Shown: positions 13,156-22,382 of the stretch, in pieces
Layout: every line of letters begins with the position of its first letter
Numbering within the stretch: the stretch's first letter is position 1
Source: an uncultured Gemmatimonadales bacterium
GTDB lineage: Bacteria > Gemmatimonadota > Gemmatimonadetes > Longimicrobiales > RSA9
NCBI GenBank assembly: GCA_963816355.1
Contig: CAWFKH010000003.1
Coordinates: 1,024,001 to 1,088,000, forward strand
Reading direction: 5' to 3'
Length of the DNA stretch: 64,000 bases
The notes under the pieces: generated by a model
What the model was told of the DNA's origin: nothing
Databases searched by the model: none
Seen by the model: only the letters and a program-made list of their open reading frames with translations
Position numbers and translations under genes: made by a program

Positions 13156-13816
13156 GCGACGCGGCAAACCGTTGCGGCGCGCCATCGTGCGCGGCCTCGC
13201 CACGCCGCTCCTCGACCTCCTCATGGCGACGCTGCGCTTCGACGTCCTCCGCGATCCGGAGTACGAGGCGCTGCGGCGGCGGTCCCGGCCCGTCGTGTTC
13301 GTGCTCTGGCACGGGCGGCTCCTGCCGCTCAGCTACCTGCACCGCGGCGAGGGCGTGATGGCACTGATCAGCCGCTCGCGTGACGGCGACGACGTCACCG
13401 CGCTGATGCGCCACTGGGGCTTCGTCGCGGCGCGCGGCTCCAGCTCGCACGGCGGCAGCGAAGCGCTCCGCGACGTCGTCCGGGCGGCGCGGTCCGGGCA
13501 CAGTCTCGCGATCACGCCGGACGGGCCGCGCGGCCCGCGCGAGCGGATGAAGCTCGGCGCGCTGACCGCGGCCCAGCTCAGCGGCCTGCCCGTGGTGCCT
13601 GTCGCCGCCGGGGCGCGCCGCGCGTGGTGGATCGAGGGCTGGGACCGTTTCCTCGTCCCTCGACCGTTCGCCCGCGTGCGCGTCGCCTACGGCGCACCGA
13701 GGATGATTTCCGCGGAGGCCGACCGGCCGTCCCTCTCGCGCATCGCCGCGCAACTGGAGGCCGACCTCGCCACATTGATGCAGGTCGTGGATGGTGACGA
13801 TGGCGCCGGCCGGTGA
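13142..13816 (+). CDS. DUF374 lysophospholipid acyltransferase family protein (LpxJ-like)
   Basis: LWHGR, LISRSRDGD, RGSSSHGG, ITPDGPRGP, WDRFLVPRPF; located between lpxB and lpxK. Confidence 0.85.
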   Translation: MTARERRGKPLRRAIVRGLATPLLDLLMATLRFDVLRDPEYEALRRRSRPVVFVLWHGRLLPLSYLHRGEGVMALISRSRDGDDVTALMRHWGFVAARGSSSHGGSEALRDVVRAARSGHSLAITPDGPRGPRERMKLGALTAAQLSGLPVVPVAAGARRAWWIEGWDRFLVPRPFARVRVAYGAPRMISAEADRPSLSRIAAQLEADLATLMQVVDGDDGAGR

Positions 13817-14810
13817 CCGCCGGCCGTGGAGCCACCGCTGGCTGCACGGCGGCGGCGGCGCGCCCGGCGCGCTGCTGCGGTCCGCGCTCCTTCCGGCGGA
13901 GTGGGTCTACCGGCTGGCCGCCGGCGCGCGCGGCGTCGCCTACGACCACGGCATGCTGGCCGTCGTCTCGGCGGGGGTGCCGGTCGTCAGCGTGGGCAAC
14001 CTCGCCGTGGGCGGCAGCGGCAAGACGCCGTTCACGCGCTGGCTCGTCGACCGCCTGCTGGCACGCGCTCGACGCCCGGCGGTGCTCCACGGCGGCTACG
14101 CCGAGGACGAGCCCGCGCTGCACCGCGGCTGGCACCCCGACGTTCCGGTCTACGCGGCGCGGGACCGGGTCGCGAGCGCGCGGGCGGCGGTGGCGGCGGG
14201 CGCGGACGTCCTCGTGCTCGACGACGGCTTCCAGCATCGTCGCCTGCGACGCGACCTGGACGTCGTGCTCGTCTCCGCGGAAAGCCGCGAGCGGCCGCCG
14301 CACCTCCTGCCTCGAGGCCCGTGGCGGGAGCCCCTCACGGCGCTGCGCCGCGCCGGCCTCGTCGTCGTCACGCGGCGGGCGGCGGATGCCGGCGCGGCCG
14401 GCGAGCTTGCGGCGCGCCTCTCGGCGCGCTGCGCGGCGCCGATCGCGCGCGTGTGGATACGGCCGGCCGCGTGGCGCGACCCGGCCGGCGCGGAGACGCC
14501 GGCGCCCGCCGGGCCGGTGCTCGCGGTGGCCGGCGTCGCGGATCCGGAGGCGTTCTTCGCGAACGCGGCCGACGCGGGCGCCCGCGTCGCCGAGCGTCTC
14601 GTCTACCCGGACCACCACGCCTACGACGGCGCGGACGCCGCCGCCATCCGCGATCGTGCCGCCGGCCGCGCGGTGGTCACGACGGCGAAGGACGCCGTGA
14701 AGCTGACGACGCTCGGCGCGCCGGCGGACCTCCGCATCCTGGTGCAGGAAGTGGTCGTGGAGGAGGGCGAGGCGATGCTCGAAACCGCGATCGACCGGGT
14801 GCTCGCGTGA
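13791..14810 (+). CDS. lpxK: Tetraacyldisaccharide 4'-kinase LpxK
   Basis: PVVSVGNLAVGGSGKTP, LDDGFQH, LLPRGPWRE, YPDHH, TTAKDAVK. Start is 13791 or 13800. Confidence 0.93.
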   Translation: MVTMAPAGDRRPWSHRWLHGGGGAPGALLRSALLPAEWVYRLAAGARGVAYDHGMLAVVSAGVPVVSVGNLAVGGSGKTPFTRWLVDRLLARARRPAVLHGGYAEDEPALHRGWHPDVPVYAARDRVASARAAVAAGADVLVLDDGFQHRRLRRDLDVVLVSAESRERPPHLLPRGPWREPLTALRRAGLVVVTRRAADAGAAGELAARLSARCAAPIARVWIRPAAWRDPAGAETPAPAGPVLAVAGVADPEAFFANAADAGARVAERLVYPDHHAYDGADAAAIRDRAAGRAVVTTAKDAVKLTTLGAPADLRILVQEVVVEEGEAMLETAIDRVLA

Positions 14811-16408
14811 CCGAGGACCGCACCGACCTCCTCGTCGTCGGCAGCGGCATCGCCGGACTGACCTTCGCGCTGCGCGCCGCCCAGCGCGCGGACGTCACGA
14901 TCGTCACCAAGAAGAAGCGCGCGGACTCCAGCACCAACCATGCACAGGGCGGCGTGGCGGCCGTGATGGACGCCGCCGACAGCGTGGCCGCCCATGTGCG
15001 CGACACGCTCGTCGCGGGCGCCGGTCTCTGCCACCTGCGTCGGGTCGAGGCGGTTGTGCGCGACGGCCCCGCGCGCGTGGCGGAGCTGATCGCCTGGGGG
15101 GCCCGCTTCAGCGGCGCGCCGGACCACCTCTCGCTCGGCCGCGAGGGCGGCCATTCTCATCGCCGGATCGTGCACGCGCGCGACCGCACCGGGCGCGAGA
15201 TCGAGCGCGCCCTCCTCGACCGGGTCGCGGAGCACCCCCGCATCCGCGTCCTCGAGGACCACGTCGCCGTCGAGCTGACGGTGGGCGTGTGCCGCCGCAC
15301 CGGCCGCCCGCGCTGCGCCGGAGCCGTCGTGCTCGACGAGGCGGCCAACCGACTCCTCTGGACCCGGGCGCGCTGCACCCTCGTCGCAACCGGCGGCCTC
15401 GGCCGCATCTACCGCCACACGACGAACCCGGCGATCGCCACCGGCGACGGGCTGGCGCTCGCGGCCCGCGCCGGCGTCGCGCTCGCCAACCTCGAGTTCG
15501 TCCAGTTCCACCCCACGGCCCTCTACCCCGCCGAAGAGCGCGCGGCGCTGATCTCCGAAGCGGTGCGCGGGGAGGGTGCGGTGCTGCGACGTCGCGACGG
15601 CAGCGACCTGATGCGCGGCGTCCACCCGCTCGGCTCGCTCGCGCCGCGCGACGTGGTGGCCCGAGCGATCGACCGCGTGCTGAAGGAGAGCGGCGACGAA
15701 TACGTCCTGCTCGACCTCTCGGCGATCCCGGAACGTGTCGTCGCCGAGCGGTTCCCCAACATCCGCGAGGAGTGCCGCCGCGCCGGAATCGACATTCCGC
15801 GCGATCCGATCCCCGTCGTCCCGGCCGCGCACTACGTCTGCGGCGGCATCCGGACCGATCTCGAGGGACGCACCTCGCTGGCCGGGCTGCGCGCAGCCGG
15901 CGAGGTGGCCTGCACGGGTCTCCACGGCGCGAACCGGCTCGCGTCGAACTCACTGCTCGAGGCGCTCGTGATGAGCCACCGCGGCGCGCTCGCGCTCGCC
16001 GAGGACCTCGAAGCCGCTCCCGCCTCCGTCGCGCCGCCGCTCTCCACGCTCGGCGAGGCTGTCGACGCCGCCGCCGCCGCCGCGTTGCGCGAGATCCGCA
16101 CGCGCGTCCGCCACCTGATGTGGGACGACGCCGGGATCGTGCGCTCGAGCGCGCGGCTGCGGCACGCCGCGAGCCGGCTGGACGCCCTCGGCGGCGAGGC
16201 GGCCGGCCACCTGCGCCGTCACGGCGCGTACGCCGACGTCGTCCGGACGGCGAACGCTCTCGCCGCCGCGAAGCTGGTCGTGGCGTGCGCGAGGCGGCGG
16301 CGCGAGAGCCGGGGCCTCCACTACACGGTCGACCACCCTCACCGGGACAACGAACGCTTCCTGCGGGACACGGTGGTCACCGGAGCAGGCGGGAGGGCGG
16401 AGCCGTGA
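14807..16408 (+). CDS. nadB: L-aspartate oxidase
   Basis: GTG overlaps the lpxK stop. GSGIAGL, AQGGVAAV, REGGHSHRRIVH, EFVQFHPT, LISEAVRGEG, PAAHYVCGG, GLHGANRLASNSLLE, ESRGLH. Confidence 0.94.
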   Translation: MTEDRTDLLVVGSGIAGLTFALRAAQRADVTIVTKKKRADSSTNHAQGGVAAVMDAADSVAAHVRDTLVAGAGLCHLRRVEAVVRDGPARVAELIAWGARFSGAPDHLSLGREGGHSHRRIVHARDRTGREIERALLDRVAEHPRIRVLEDHVAVELTVGVCRRTGRPRCAGAVVLDEAANRLLWTRARCTLVATGGLGRIYRHTTNPAIATGDGLALAARAGVALANLEFVQFHPTALYPAEERAALISEAVRGEGAVLRRRDGSDLMRGVHPLGSLAPRDVVARAIDRVLKESGDEYVLLDLSAIPERVVAERFPNIREECRRAGIDIPRDPIPVVPAAHYVCGGIRTDLEGRTSLAGLRAAGEVACTGLHGANRLASNSLLEALVMSHRGALALAEDLEAAPASVAPPLSTLGEAVDAAAAAALREIRTRVRHLMWDDAGIVRSSARLRHAASRLDALGGEAAGHLRRHGAYADVVRTANALAAAKLVVACARRRRESRGLHYTVDHPHRDNERFLRDTVVTGAGGRAEP

Positions 16409-16875
16409 AGGTGGCGGTGGTGGCCGTCGGCCGGCCGGGCCGGCTGCTACGTCCGGCGATCGCCGAGTACGAGCGGCGCGCCGCGCGTTACTGGAGCCTC
16501 GAGACTTACGAGGTGAGGGAAGAGAAGGCGAGCCGGGTTGCCGACGAAGCGGAGATCCGGGCGGCGGAGACGCGCCGGTTGCTCGGCCGGGTGCCGGAGG
16601 GGTTGCGCGCGGCCGCGTTGACGCGCCTCGGCGACGCATGGTCTTCGACCGAGCTGGCGCGACGACTGAGCGACCTCGCCGTGCACGCCCTGCCGGGGAT
16701 CGCCTTCCTCGTCGGCGGTGCCTACGGCCTCGATCTCCGGGAACTGCCGCGCTCGACGTTGCGGATTTCGCTCGGACCCGCGACGCTCCCCCACGAGCTC
16801 GCGCGGCTCGTGCTCGCGGAGCAGCTCTACCGTGCCGGCACGATCGTGAGAGGCGAACCGTACCACAAGGGATGA
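16405..16875 (+). CDS. rlmH: 23S rRNA (pseudouridine1915-N3)-methyltransferase RlmH
   Basis: VVAVGR, FLVGGAYG, SLGPATLPHELARLVLAEQLYRA, GEPYHK. Confidence 0.92.
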   Translation: MKVAVVAVGRPGRLLRPAIAEYERRAARYWSLETYEVREEKASRVADEAEIRAAETRRLLGRVPEGLRAAALTRLGDAWSSTELARRLSDLAVHALPGIAFLVGGAYGLDLRELPRSTLRISLGPATLPHELARLVLAEQLYRAGTIVRGEPYHKG

Positions 16876-16876
16876 A

Positions 16877-18526
16877 ATGGCCATAGCTGGCGGCGACGCG
16901 AACCTCGAGATCCACCTCCGGAGTCTCGGAGAGTCCCGGCTCGTCCGCGACTATCTCGCGGGGGCCGAAGCGCTCCGGCCGTTCTACAACGGCAGCCCCT
17001 GGAGCCTCGAATCCTACCGCCGCAAGTGCCGTGAGGTGGATCGCCGCTTCGACGCCGGCGCACGGGACGCGATGGCGCGCGCGATCACGCCCTCCAGCGA
17101 GCGGGCCGCGGCAAAGCTCGCACGCGTGGTGGAGGAAGGCGGTTTCCTGGTCACGACCGGCCAGCAGGCGGGTCTCTTCAGCGGGCCGCTGTACACGACC
17201 TACAAGATCCTCTCGACGATCCAGCTCGCCGCGGCGCTCGAACGGGCCCTGGACCGGCCCGTCGCCCCGCTCTTCTGGGCCGGCACGGAGGACCACGACT
17301 GGGCCGAGGTCGACCACACCTACGTCCTCGACACGAGCAACGAGCTCTGTCGCATCGACGTCGTCCAGCCGCCCGACGCGCCGCCGGTCTCGATGGCGCA
17401 CCGCCGGCTCGGCCCCGAAATCGACGCCGCGCGCGCCGCCCTCGAGCGCGCGCTCCCGCCCACCGACTTCACCCCCGCCCTCCTCGACGCCGTCGCCTCC
17501 GCCTACAGTCAGGGGACGACGATGGGCGCCGCGTTCCGCGACCTGCTCCGCGAGTGGTTCGCCCCGTTCGACCTGCTGCTCACGGACGCGGCCCACCCGC
17601 AGGTGAAGGCGCTCTCGGCCGGCTTGCTCCGCCGCGAGGTCGAGCACGCGGCGCAGGCGGAAGCCGCCGTCGCACGCCAGACGGCGCGCCTCGAAGCCGC
17701 AGGATACGACGCTCAGGTCACCGTCGTCTCCGGCGCGGCCAACATCCTCTTCGAGGACGAGCACGGCCGCGACCGGATCGCGCGCGAGGGCGAGGGTTGG
17801 ATCGCTCGCGGCGGCGCCGTGCGCTGGTCGGACCGCGAGCTGATGGCCGCACTCGAGGCGGCGCCCGAGCGCTTCTCACCGAACGTGCTCCTGCGGCCGG
17901 TCGTGGAGAGCGCCGTCTTCCCGACGCTCGCGTACGTCGCGGGGCCCGCCGAGCTGACGTACTTCGCGCAGCTCGGCGGCATCTTCGCGGGACACCACGT
18001 CGAGATGCCGATCGTCTTTCCTCGCCATGCGGCGGCGGTCGTCGAGCCGAAGGTGCGCAAGGTCCTCCACAAGTTCGACCTCGACATCGCCGACCTCGAG
18101 CCGCCCCTCCACGAGATCGCCTCCCGCTTTGCGCGCGACGAGCTGCCCCGGGATGTGGCGGATGGCCTCGCGGCGCTGCGACGCTCGATCCAGGAGGGCT
18201 ATGGCGCGCTCGAGACCGCGGCGCGCCAGGTGGATCCCACGCTCGAGGGGCCGGCCCGATCGGCGCGCGCCTCGAGCTTCAAGGAGCTCGATCATTTCGA
18301 GAAGAAGGTGCTGCGGCAGCTCAAGGAGCGGAACCGCATCAGCCTGCGGCAGATCGAGAAGGCGCGGGCGAACCTCTTTCCGGACGGCCGCCCGCAGGAG
18401 CGGGTGTTGAACCCCGCCCATTTCCTCGCCCGCTTCGGCTCCGACTTCCTGCGCATGCTCGCCGATCGGTTCCAGGTGGATCCGCCCGGCGAGGCGCCCG
18501 ACTGGGGTCCCACGGTCGTCGCCTGA
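16877..18526 (+). CDS. bshC: Bacillithiol biosynthesis cysteine-adding enzyme BshC
   Basis: VTTGQQAGLFSGPLYTTYK, FWAGTEDHDWAE, SPNVLLRP, YVAGPAELTYFAQL, PQERVLN. Confidence 0.92.
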   Translation: MAIAGGDANLEIHLRSLGESRLVRDYLAGAEALRPFYNGSPWSLESYRRKCREVDRRFDAGARDAMARAITPSSERAAAKLARVVEEGGFLVTTGQQAGLFSGPLYTTYKILSTIQLAAALERALDRPVAPLFWAGTEDHDWAEVDHTYVLDTSNELCRIDVVQPPDAPPVSMAHRRLGPEIDAARAALERALPPTDFTPALLDAVASAYSQGTTMGAAFRDLLREWFAPFDLLLTDAAHPQVKALSAGLLRREVEHAAQAEAAVARQTARLEAAGYDAQVTVVSGAANILFEDEHGRDRIAREGEGWIARGGAVRWSDRELMAALEAAPERFSPNVLLRPVVESAVFPTLAYVAGPAELTYFAQLGGIFAGHHVEMPIVFPRHAAAVVEPKVRKVLHKFDLDIADLEPPLHEIASRFARDELPRDVADGLAALRRSIQEGYGALETAARQVDPTLEGPARSARASSFKELDHFEKKVLRQLKERNRISLRQIEKARANLFPDGRPQERVLNPAHFLARFGSDFLRMLADRFQVDPPGEAPDWGPTVVA

Positions 18527-18537
18527 GCGCATGGAAC

Positions 18538-18565
18538 TTGCCGCGAGCCCCAGGAAGGATAAGCT
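18538..18565 (+). promoter_or_regulatory. Possible sigma70-type promoter for the small membrane protein and murJ
   Basis: TTGCCG-N16-TAAGCT, 9 nt before ATG 18575, with no Shine-Dalgarno sequence. Confidence 0.35.
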
Positions 18566-18574
18566 TTCACGCAA

Positions 18575-18874
18575 ATGTATGTCATCGTAATCATCCTCGC
18601 CCTGATGATCCCGCTCCTCGCGATCCTGCTCGATTCGCAGCTCGGTCGCGCGCTGGCCGGGCGCCTGGAGCGGAATCCGAGCCTCCCCTCCGAGGGCGAG
18701 GGAGTGGAGCCGCGCGTCGCCGCCCTGGAAGCGGAGATCGAGCGTCTCGCCCAGGAAGTCAAACGCCTCGAGGAAGAGACCCGCTTCACGCAGCAGTTGC
18801 TCGAGGGGCGCGGCGCGTCCGACACCCCGACGCTCCCGCCCGGCGGGCAAGCGCGTGGCGAAGCCGGAGAGTGA
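18575..18874 (+). CDS. Small single-pass membrane protein with cytoplasmic coiled coil (hypothetical)
   Basis: N-terminal hydrophobic helix, then heptads RVAALEAEIERLAQEVKRLEEETRFTQQLL; fills the bshC-murJ gap. Confidence 0.75.
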   Translation: MYVIVIILALMIPLLAILLDSQLGRALAGRLERNPSLPSEGEGVEPRVAALEAEIERLAQEVKRLEEETRFTQQLLEGRGASDTPTLPPGGQARGEAGE

Positions 18875-20483
18875 ATCGCCCGAACCGGCGGAGGCGGACG
18901 CGGTAGAACCGGCGCAGCGGCCCGCCGCGCCGCCGCGTGGCCGCTCGGCGCAGTGGGTCGCCGGCGGCATCTTCCTGAGCCGCATCTCCGGGCTGGTCCG
19001 CGCCCGCATCTTCACCGGCTACTTCGGCACCGGCGTCGCCGCCGACGCGTTCAACGCGGCGCTGCGTATGCCGAACGTGCTGCAGAACCTGCTGGGGGAG
19101 GGGACCCTCAGCGCGTCCTTCATCCCGGTCTACGCCGAGCTATTGAAGGAGGGCAGGGAGGAGGAGGCGGGACGCGTCGCCGGCGCCGTCTTCGCGATCC
19201 TGCTCGCCCTGGCCGGGGGACTCGCTCTGCTCGGCGTGCTCGCGGCGCCGCTCATGGTGGACATCTTCACCACCGGTTTCAGCGGCGCGCAGCGCGAGCT
19301 GACGATCGCCTGCGTCCGCATCATCTTCCCGATGACCGGCGTGCTCGTCCTCTCCGCCTGGTCGCTCGGCATCCTCAACAGCCACCGCCGCTTCTTCATC
19401 CCCTACGTCGCGCCCGTGCTGTGGAACGCCGCGATGATCGCGACGCTCGTGGCGCTCGGCGGCCGGCTGCGCCCGGAGCGCCTCGTGGTCGCCGTCGCGT
19501 GGGGCGCGCTCGCCGGCGGCGTTCTGCAGTTCCTCGTGCAACTCCCGTGGGTGCTGCGCCTCGAACGCAGTCTCCGCATCCGCTTCGACACGCGCCTGCC
19601 CCGCGTCCGCGAGGCGATCTCCAACGCCGTGCCCGCGATCCTCGGCCGCGGGGTCGTGCAGGTGAGCGCCTACGTCGACGTCTGGCTCGCCTCCTTCCTA
19701 GCCGAGGGCGCCGTCGCCGTCATGACCTACTCGATGACGCTCTACCTGCTGCCGATCAGCCTCTTCGGCATGTCCGTCGCCGCGGCCGAGCTGCCCGAGC
19801 TCGCCCGCGAGCGCGGCGGCGCCGCCGCGCCCCTGCGCGAGCGCGTGAACGCGGGGTTGCGCCAGATCTACTTCTTCGTCGTCCCGTCCTTCGTCGGCTT
19901 CCTCGCCCTCGGGGACGTCATCGTGGCCGCCCTCTATCAGAACGGCGCCTTCGGACGCGGCGATACGCTGCAGGTCTACGTCACGCTCGCGGCGTTCAGC
20001 GTCGGGCTCGTCGCCTCCACCGGAACGCGCCTCTTCTCCTCCACCTTCTTCGCGCTGCACGACACGCGTACGCCAGCCAAGACGGCGGCGATCCGCGTCC
20101 TCATCTCCGGCGTGCTCGGCGCCGCGCTCATGTTCCCCTTCTCCCACGTCGAAGTCGCGCCGGGGAAGGCGCTCGGTCCCGCGGGCCTCGGGCTCGGCGC
20201 GGGGGTGGGCGCGTGGGTGGAGTGGTGGATCCTGCGACGCTCCCTGCGGCCCGCGCTGGGCGACGTAGGCGCCGGCGGCGCCACGCTCTTCCGCATGTTC
20301 GCCGCCGCCCTCCTCGCCGCCGGCGTCGGCCGGACCGTCGCCTACGTGCTGCCGCCGATGCACGTGATCCCGCGCGCCGCGATCGTCCTCCTCCCGTTCG
20401 GGCTCACCTACCTGGGCGTGGCCCACGTGCTCGGACTCCGCCAGGGCGAGCGCGTGCTCCGTCGCCTGCTGCGCCGCGGTTGA
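18855..20483 (+). CDS. murJ: Lipid II flippase MurJ (MviN)
   Basis: LSRISGLVR, ADAFNAALRMPN, GEGTLSASFIP, LPISLFG, FFALHDTRTP; many TM helices. Confidence 0.94.
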   Translation: MAKPESESPEPAEADAVEPAQRPAAPPRGRSAQWVAGGIFLSRISGLVRARIFTGYFGTGVAADAFNAALRMPNVLQNLLGEGTLSASFIPVYAELLKEGREEEAGRVAGAVFAILLALAGGLALLGVLAAPLMVDIFTTGFSGAQRELTIACVRIIFPMTGVLVLSAWSLGILNSHRRFFIPYVAPVLWNAAMIATLVALGGRLRPERLVVAVAWGALAGGVLQFLVQLPWVLRLERSLRIRFDTRLPRVREAISNAVPAILGRGVVQVSAYVDVWLASFLAEGAVAVMTYSMTLYLLPISLFGMSVAAAELPELARERGGAAAPLRERVNAGLRQIYFFVVPSFVGFLALGDVIVAALYQNGAFGRGDTLQVYVTLAAFSVGLVASTGTRLFSSTFFALHDTRTPAKTAAIRVLISGVLGAALMFPFSHVEVAPGKALGPAGLGLGAGVGAWVEWWILRRSLRPALGDVGAGGATLFRMFAAALLAAGVGRTVAYVLPPMHVIPRAAIVLLPFGLTYLGVAHVLGLRQGERVLRRLLRRG

Positions 20484-20527
20484 CCGCGCCGGAACGGCTC
20501 GGGACCCGGTCGGGGTAGTACGGACCC

Positions 20528-22357
20528 GTGACGATCGACACCTTCGAGCGAAAGCTCCGCCATCTGCCCACGCGACCCGGCGTGTACGTCTTCCGCGACG
20601 CCGAGGGCGCGATCCTCTACATCGGGAAGGCGAAGTCGCTGCGCTCGCGCGTGCGCAGCCATCTCTCGCCGGACCCGACGTCGATCAAGAACCGCGAGAT
20701 GGTGCGGCGCATCGCGGACGTCGAGACGATCGTGGTGGGATCGGAGGCGGAGGCGCTGCTGCTCGAGGCGAACCTGATCAAGGCGCACCACCCTCCCTTC
20801 AACATCCAGCTCCGGGACGACAAGCGCTACCCGTACATCAAGGTGACGCTGGCGGAGCCGTTCCCGCGCGTCTACGTCACCCGCCGCCTCGACAACGACG
20901 GCTCCCGCTACTTCGGTCCCTACACCGAGGTGGGACCGATGCGGCAGGCGCTGGAAGTGATCAAGCGCCTTTACACCGTCCGCAGCTGCCGCTACGACCT
21001 CCCCTCCGACGCGCCCGCCCGGCCGTGCCTCGACTACCACATCGGACGCTGTCTCGCGCCGTGCGTCGGCCTGCAGTCGCGCGACGAATACCGCGCCATG
21101 ATCGACGAGATCCTCGACGTGCTCGGCGGCCGCATCGATCCCGTGCGCGCGCGCGTCCAGCGCGACATGGACCGCACCGCCGAGGCCATGGACTTCGAGC
21201 GCGCCGCGATCCTGCGCGACGTCCTCACGGGCCTCGACGCCATCGCCCGCCGCCAGCGCGCGATCGACGTGCGGGGCGGCGACCAGGACGTGCTCGGCCT
21301 GGCGCGCGACGGAGACGAGGCCTGCCTCGTCCTGATGCGCATCCGCGACGGCAAGCTGCTGGGCCGCGAGACGCGTTTCTTCGACGGCGTTGCGGAAGAG
21401 GACGACGTCGCCGTCCTCGCCGCCGGCGCGGTCGCGCTCTACCTCGGCCGCGGCGAGCACGGCACCTCCGACCTGCCGCGCGAGGTTCTCCTCCCGCACG
21501 ACTTCGACGACCGCGAGAGCCTCGCCGAGGTGCTCGGCGAGCGCGCCGGCCGCAAGGTCCGCACGCACGCGCCCGTTCGCGGAGCCAAGCGCCGCCTCGT
21601 CGAGCTCGCCAACCAGAACGCGCGCCACCTCCTCGAGGAGCGCGCCGTCCTCGCCGAGCACGTCGACGTGCGCGCCGACGACCTCCTCTACGAGCTGCAG
21701 GAGGCGCTGGAGCTGAAGATCGTGCCGCGCATGATCGCCTGCTTCGACATCTCCCACACTCAGGGGACCGAGGTCGTGGGAAGCGCCGTCGTCTTCCTCA
21801 ACGGCGAGCCGGCGAAGGCCGAGTACCGCCGCTTCCGCATCCGCGGCGAGTGGGGCAACGACGACTTCCGCTCCATGGCGGAGGTGGTCGGCCGCTATCT
21901 GCGCCGTCGTCTGGAGGAGGGCGCGCCGCTGCCGGAGCTCGTCGTGATCGATGGCGGGAAGGGGCAGCTCGGCGCCGCTCGCGCCGCGGCCGACGCGCTC
22001 GGCGCCGGCGACGTCGCCTTCTGCGCCCTGGCCAAGCGCGAGGAGGAGGTCTACCTTCCGGGCCGCGGACAGCCGATTCATCTACCCCGGTCGAGCCCCG
22101 TGCTCCGCCTGCTCCAGAGGCTGCGCGACGAAGCGCACCGCTTCGCACACGGCTACAATCGCAAGCTGCGGCGCCGCCGCACGCTGCGGAGCGAGCTCGG
22201 CGAGATCCCCGGAATCGGCCCGGTGCGCCAGCAGGCGCTGCTCACGCACTTCGGTAGCGTGCGCGCGTTGAAGGCCGCCAGTCCGGAGGAGATCGCACGC
22301 GTGCCGGGCTTCTCCGAGCGGCTCGCTAGCACGCTCGTCCACCACCTTAAGCGCTGA
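20528..22357 (+). CDS. uvrC: Excinuclease ABC subunit C
   Basis: PGVY...LYIGKAKSLRSRV (GIY-YIG), YFGPY, FDISHTQG, DDFRSM, IDGGKGQL, RDEAHRFA, HhH IPGIGP. Confidence 0.96.
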   Translation: MTIDTFERKLRHLPTRPGVYVFRDAEGAILYIGKAKSLRSRVRSHLSPDPTSIKNREMVRRIADVETIVVGSEAEALLLEANLIKAHHPPFNIQLRDDKRYPYIKVTLAEPFPRVYVTRRLDNDGSRYFGPYTEVGPMRQALEVIKRLYTVRSCRYDLPSDAPARPCLDYHIGRCLAPCVGLQSRDEYRAMIDEILDVLGGRIDPVRARVQRDMDRTAEAMDFERAAILRDVLTGLDAIARRQRAIDVRGGDQDVLGLARDGDEACLVLMRIRDGKLLGRETRFFDGVAEEDDVAVLAAGAVALYLGRGEHGTSDLPREVLLPHDFDDRESLAEVLGERAGRKVRTHAPVRGAKRRLVELANQNARHLLEERAVLAEHVDVRADDLLYELQEALELKIVPRMIACFDISHTQGTEVVGSAVVFLNGEPAKAEYRRFRIRGEWGNDDFRSMAEVVGRYLRRRLEEGAPLPELVVIDGGKGQLGAARAAADALGAGDVAFCALAKREEEVYLPGRGQPIHLPRSSPVLRLLQRLRDEAHRFAHGYNRKLRRRRTLRSELGEIPGIGPVRQQALLTHFGSVRALKAASPEEIARVPGFSERLASTLVHHLKR

Positions 22358-22382
22358 GCAGGCCGAGACCGAGGCCCCTGGC

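Noticed and set aside
18533..18560. Sigma-E promoter (GGAACTT)
   Set aside because: No TCAAA/GTC-type -10 at the expected spacing.
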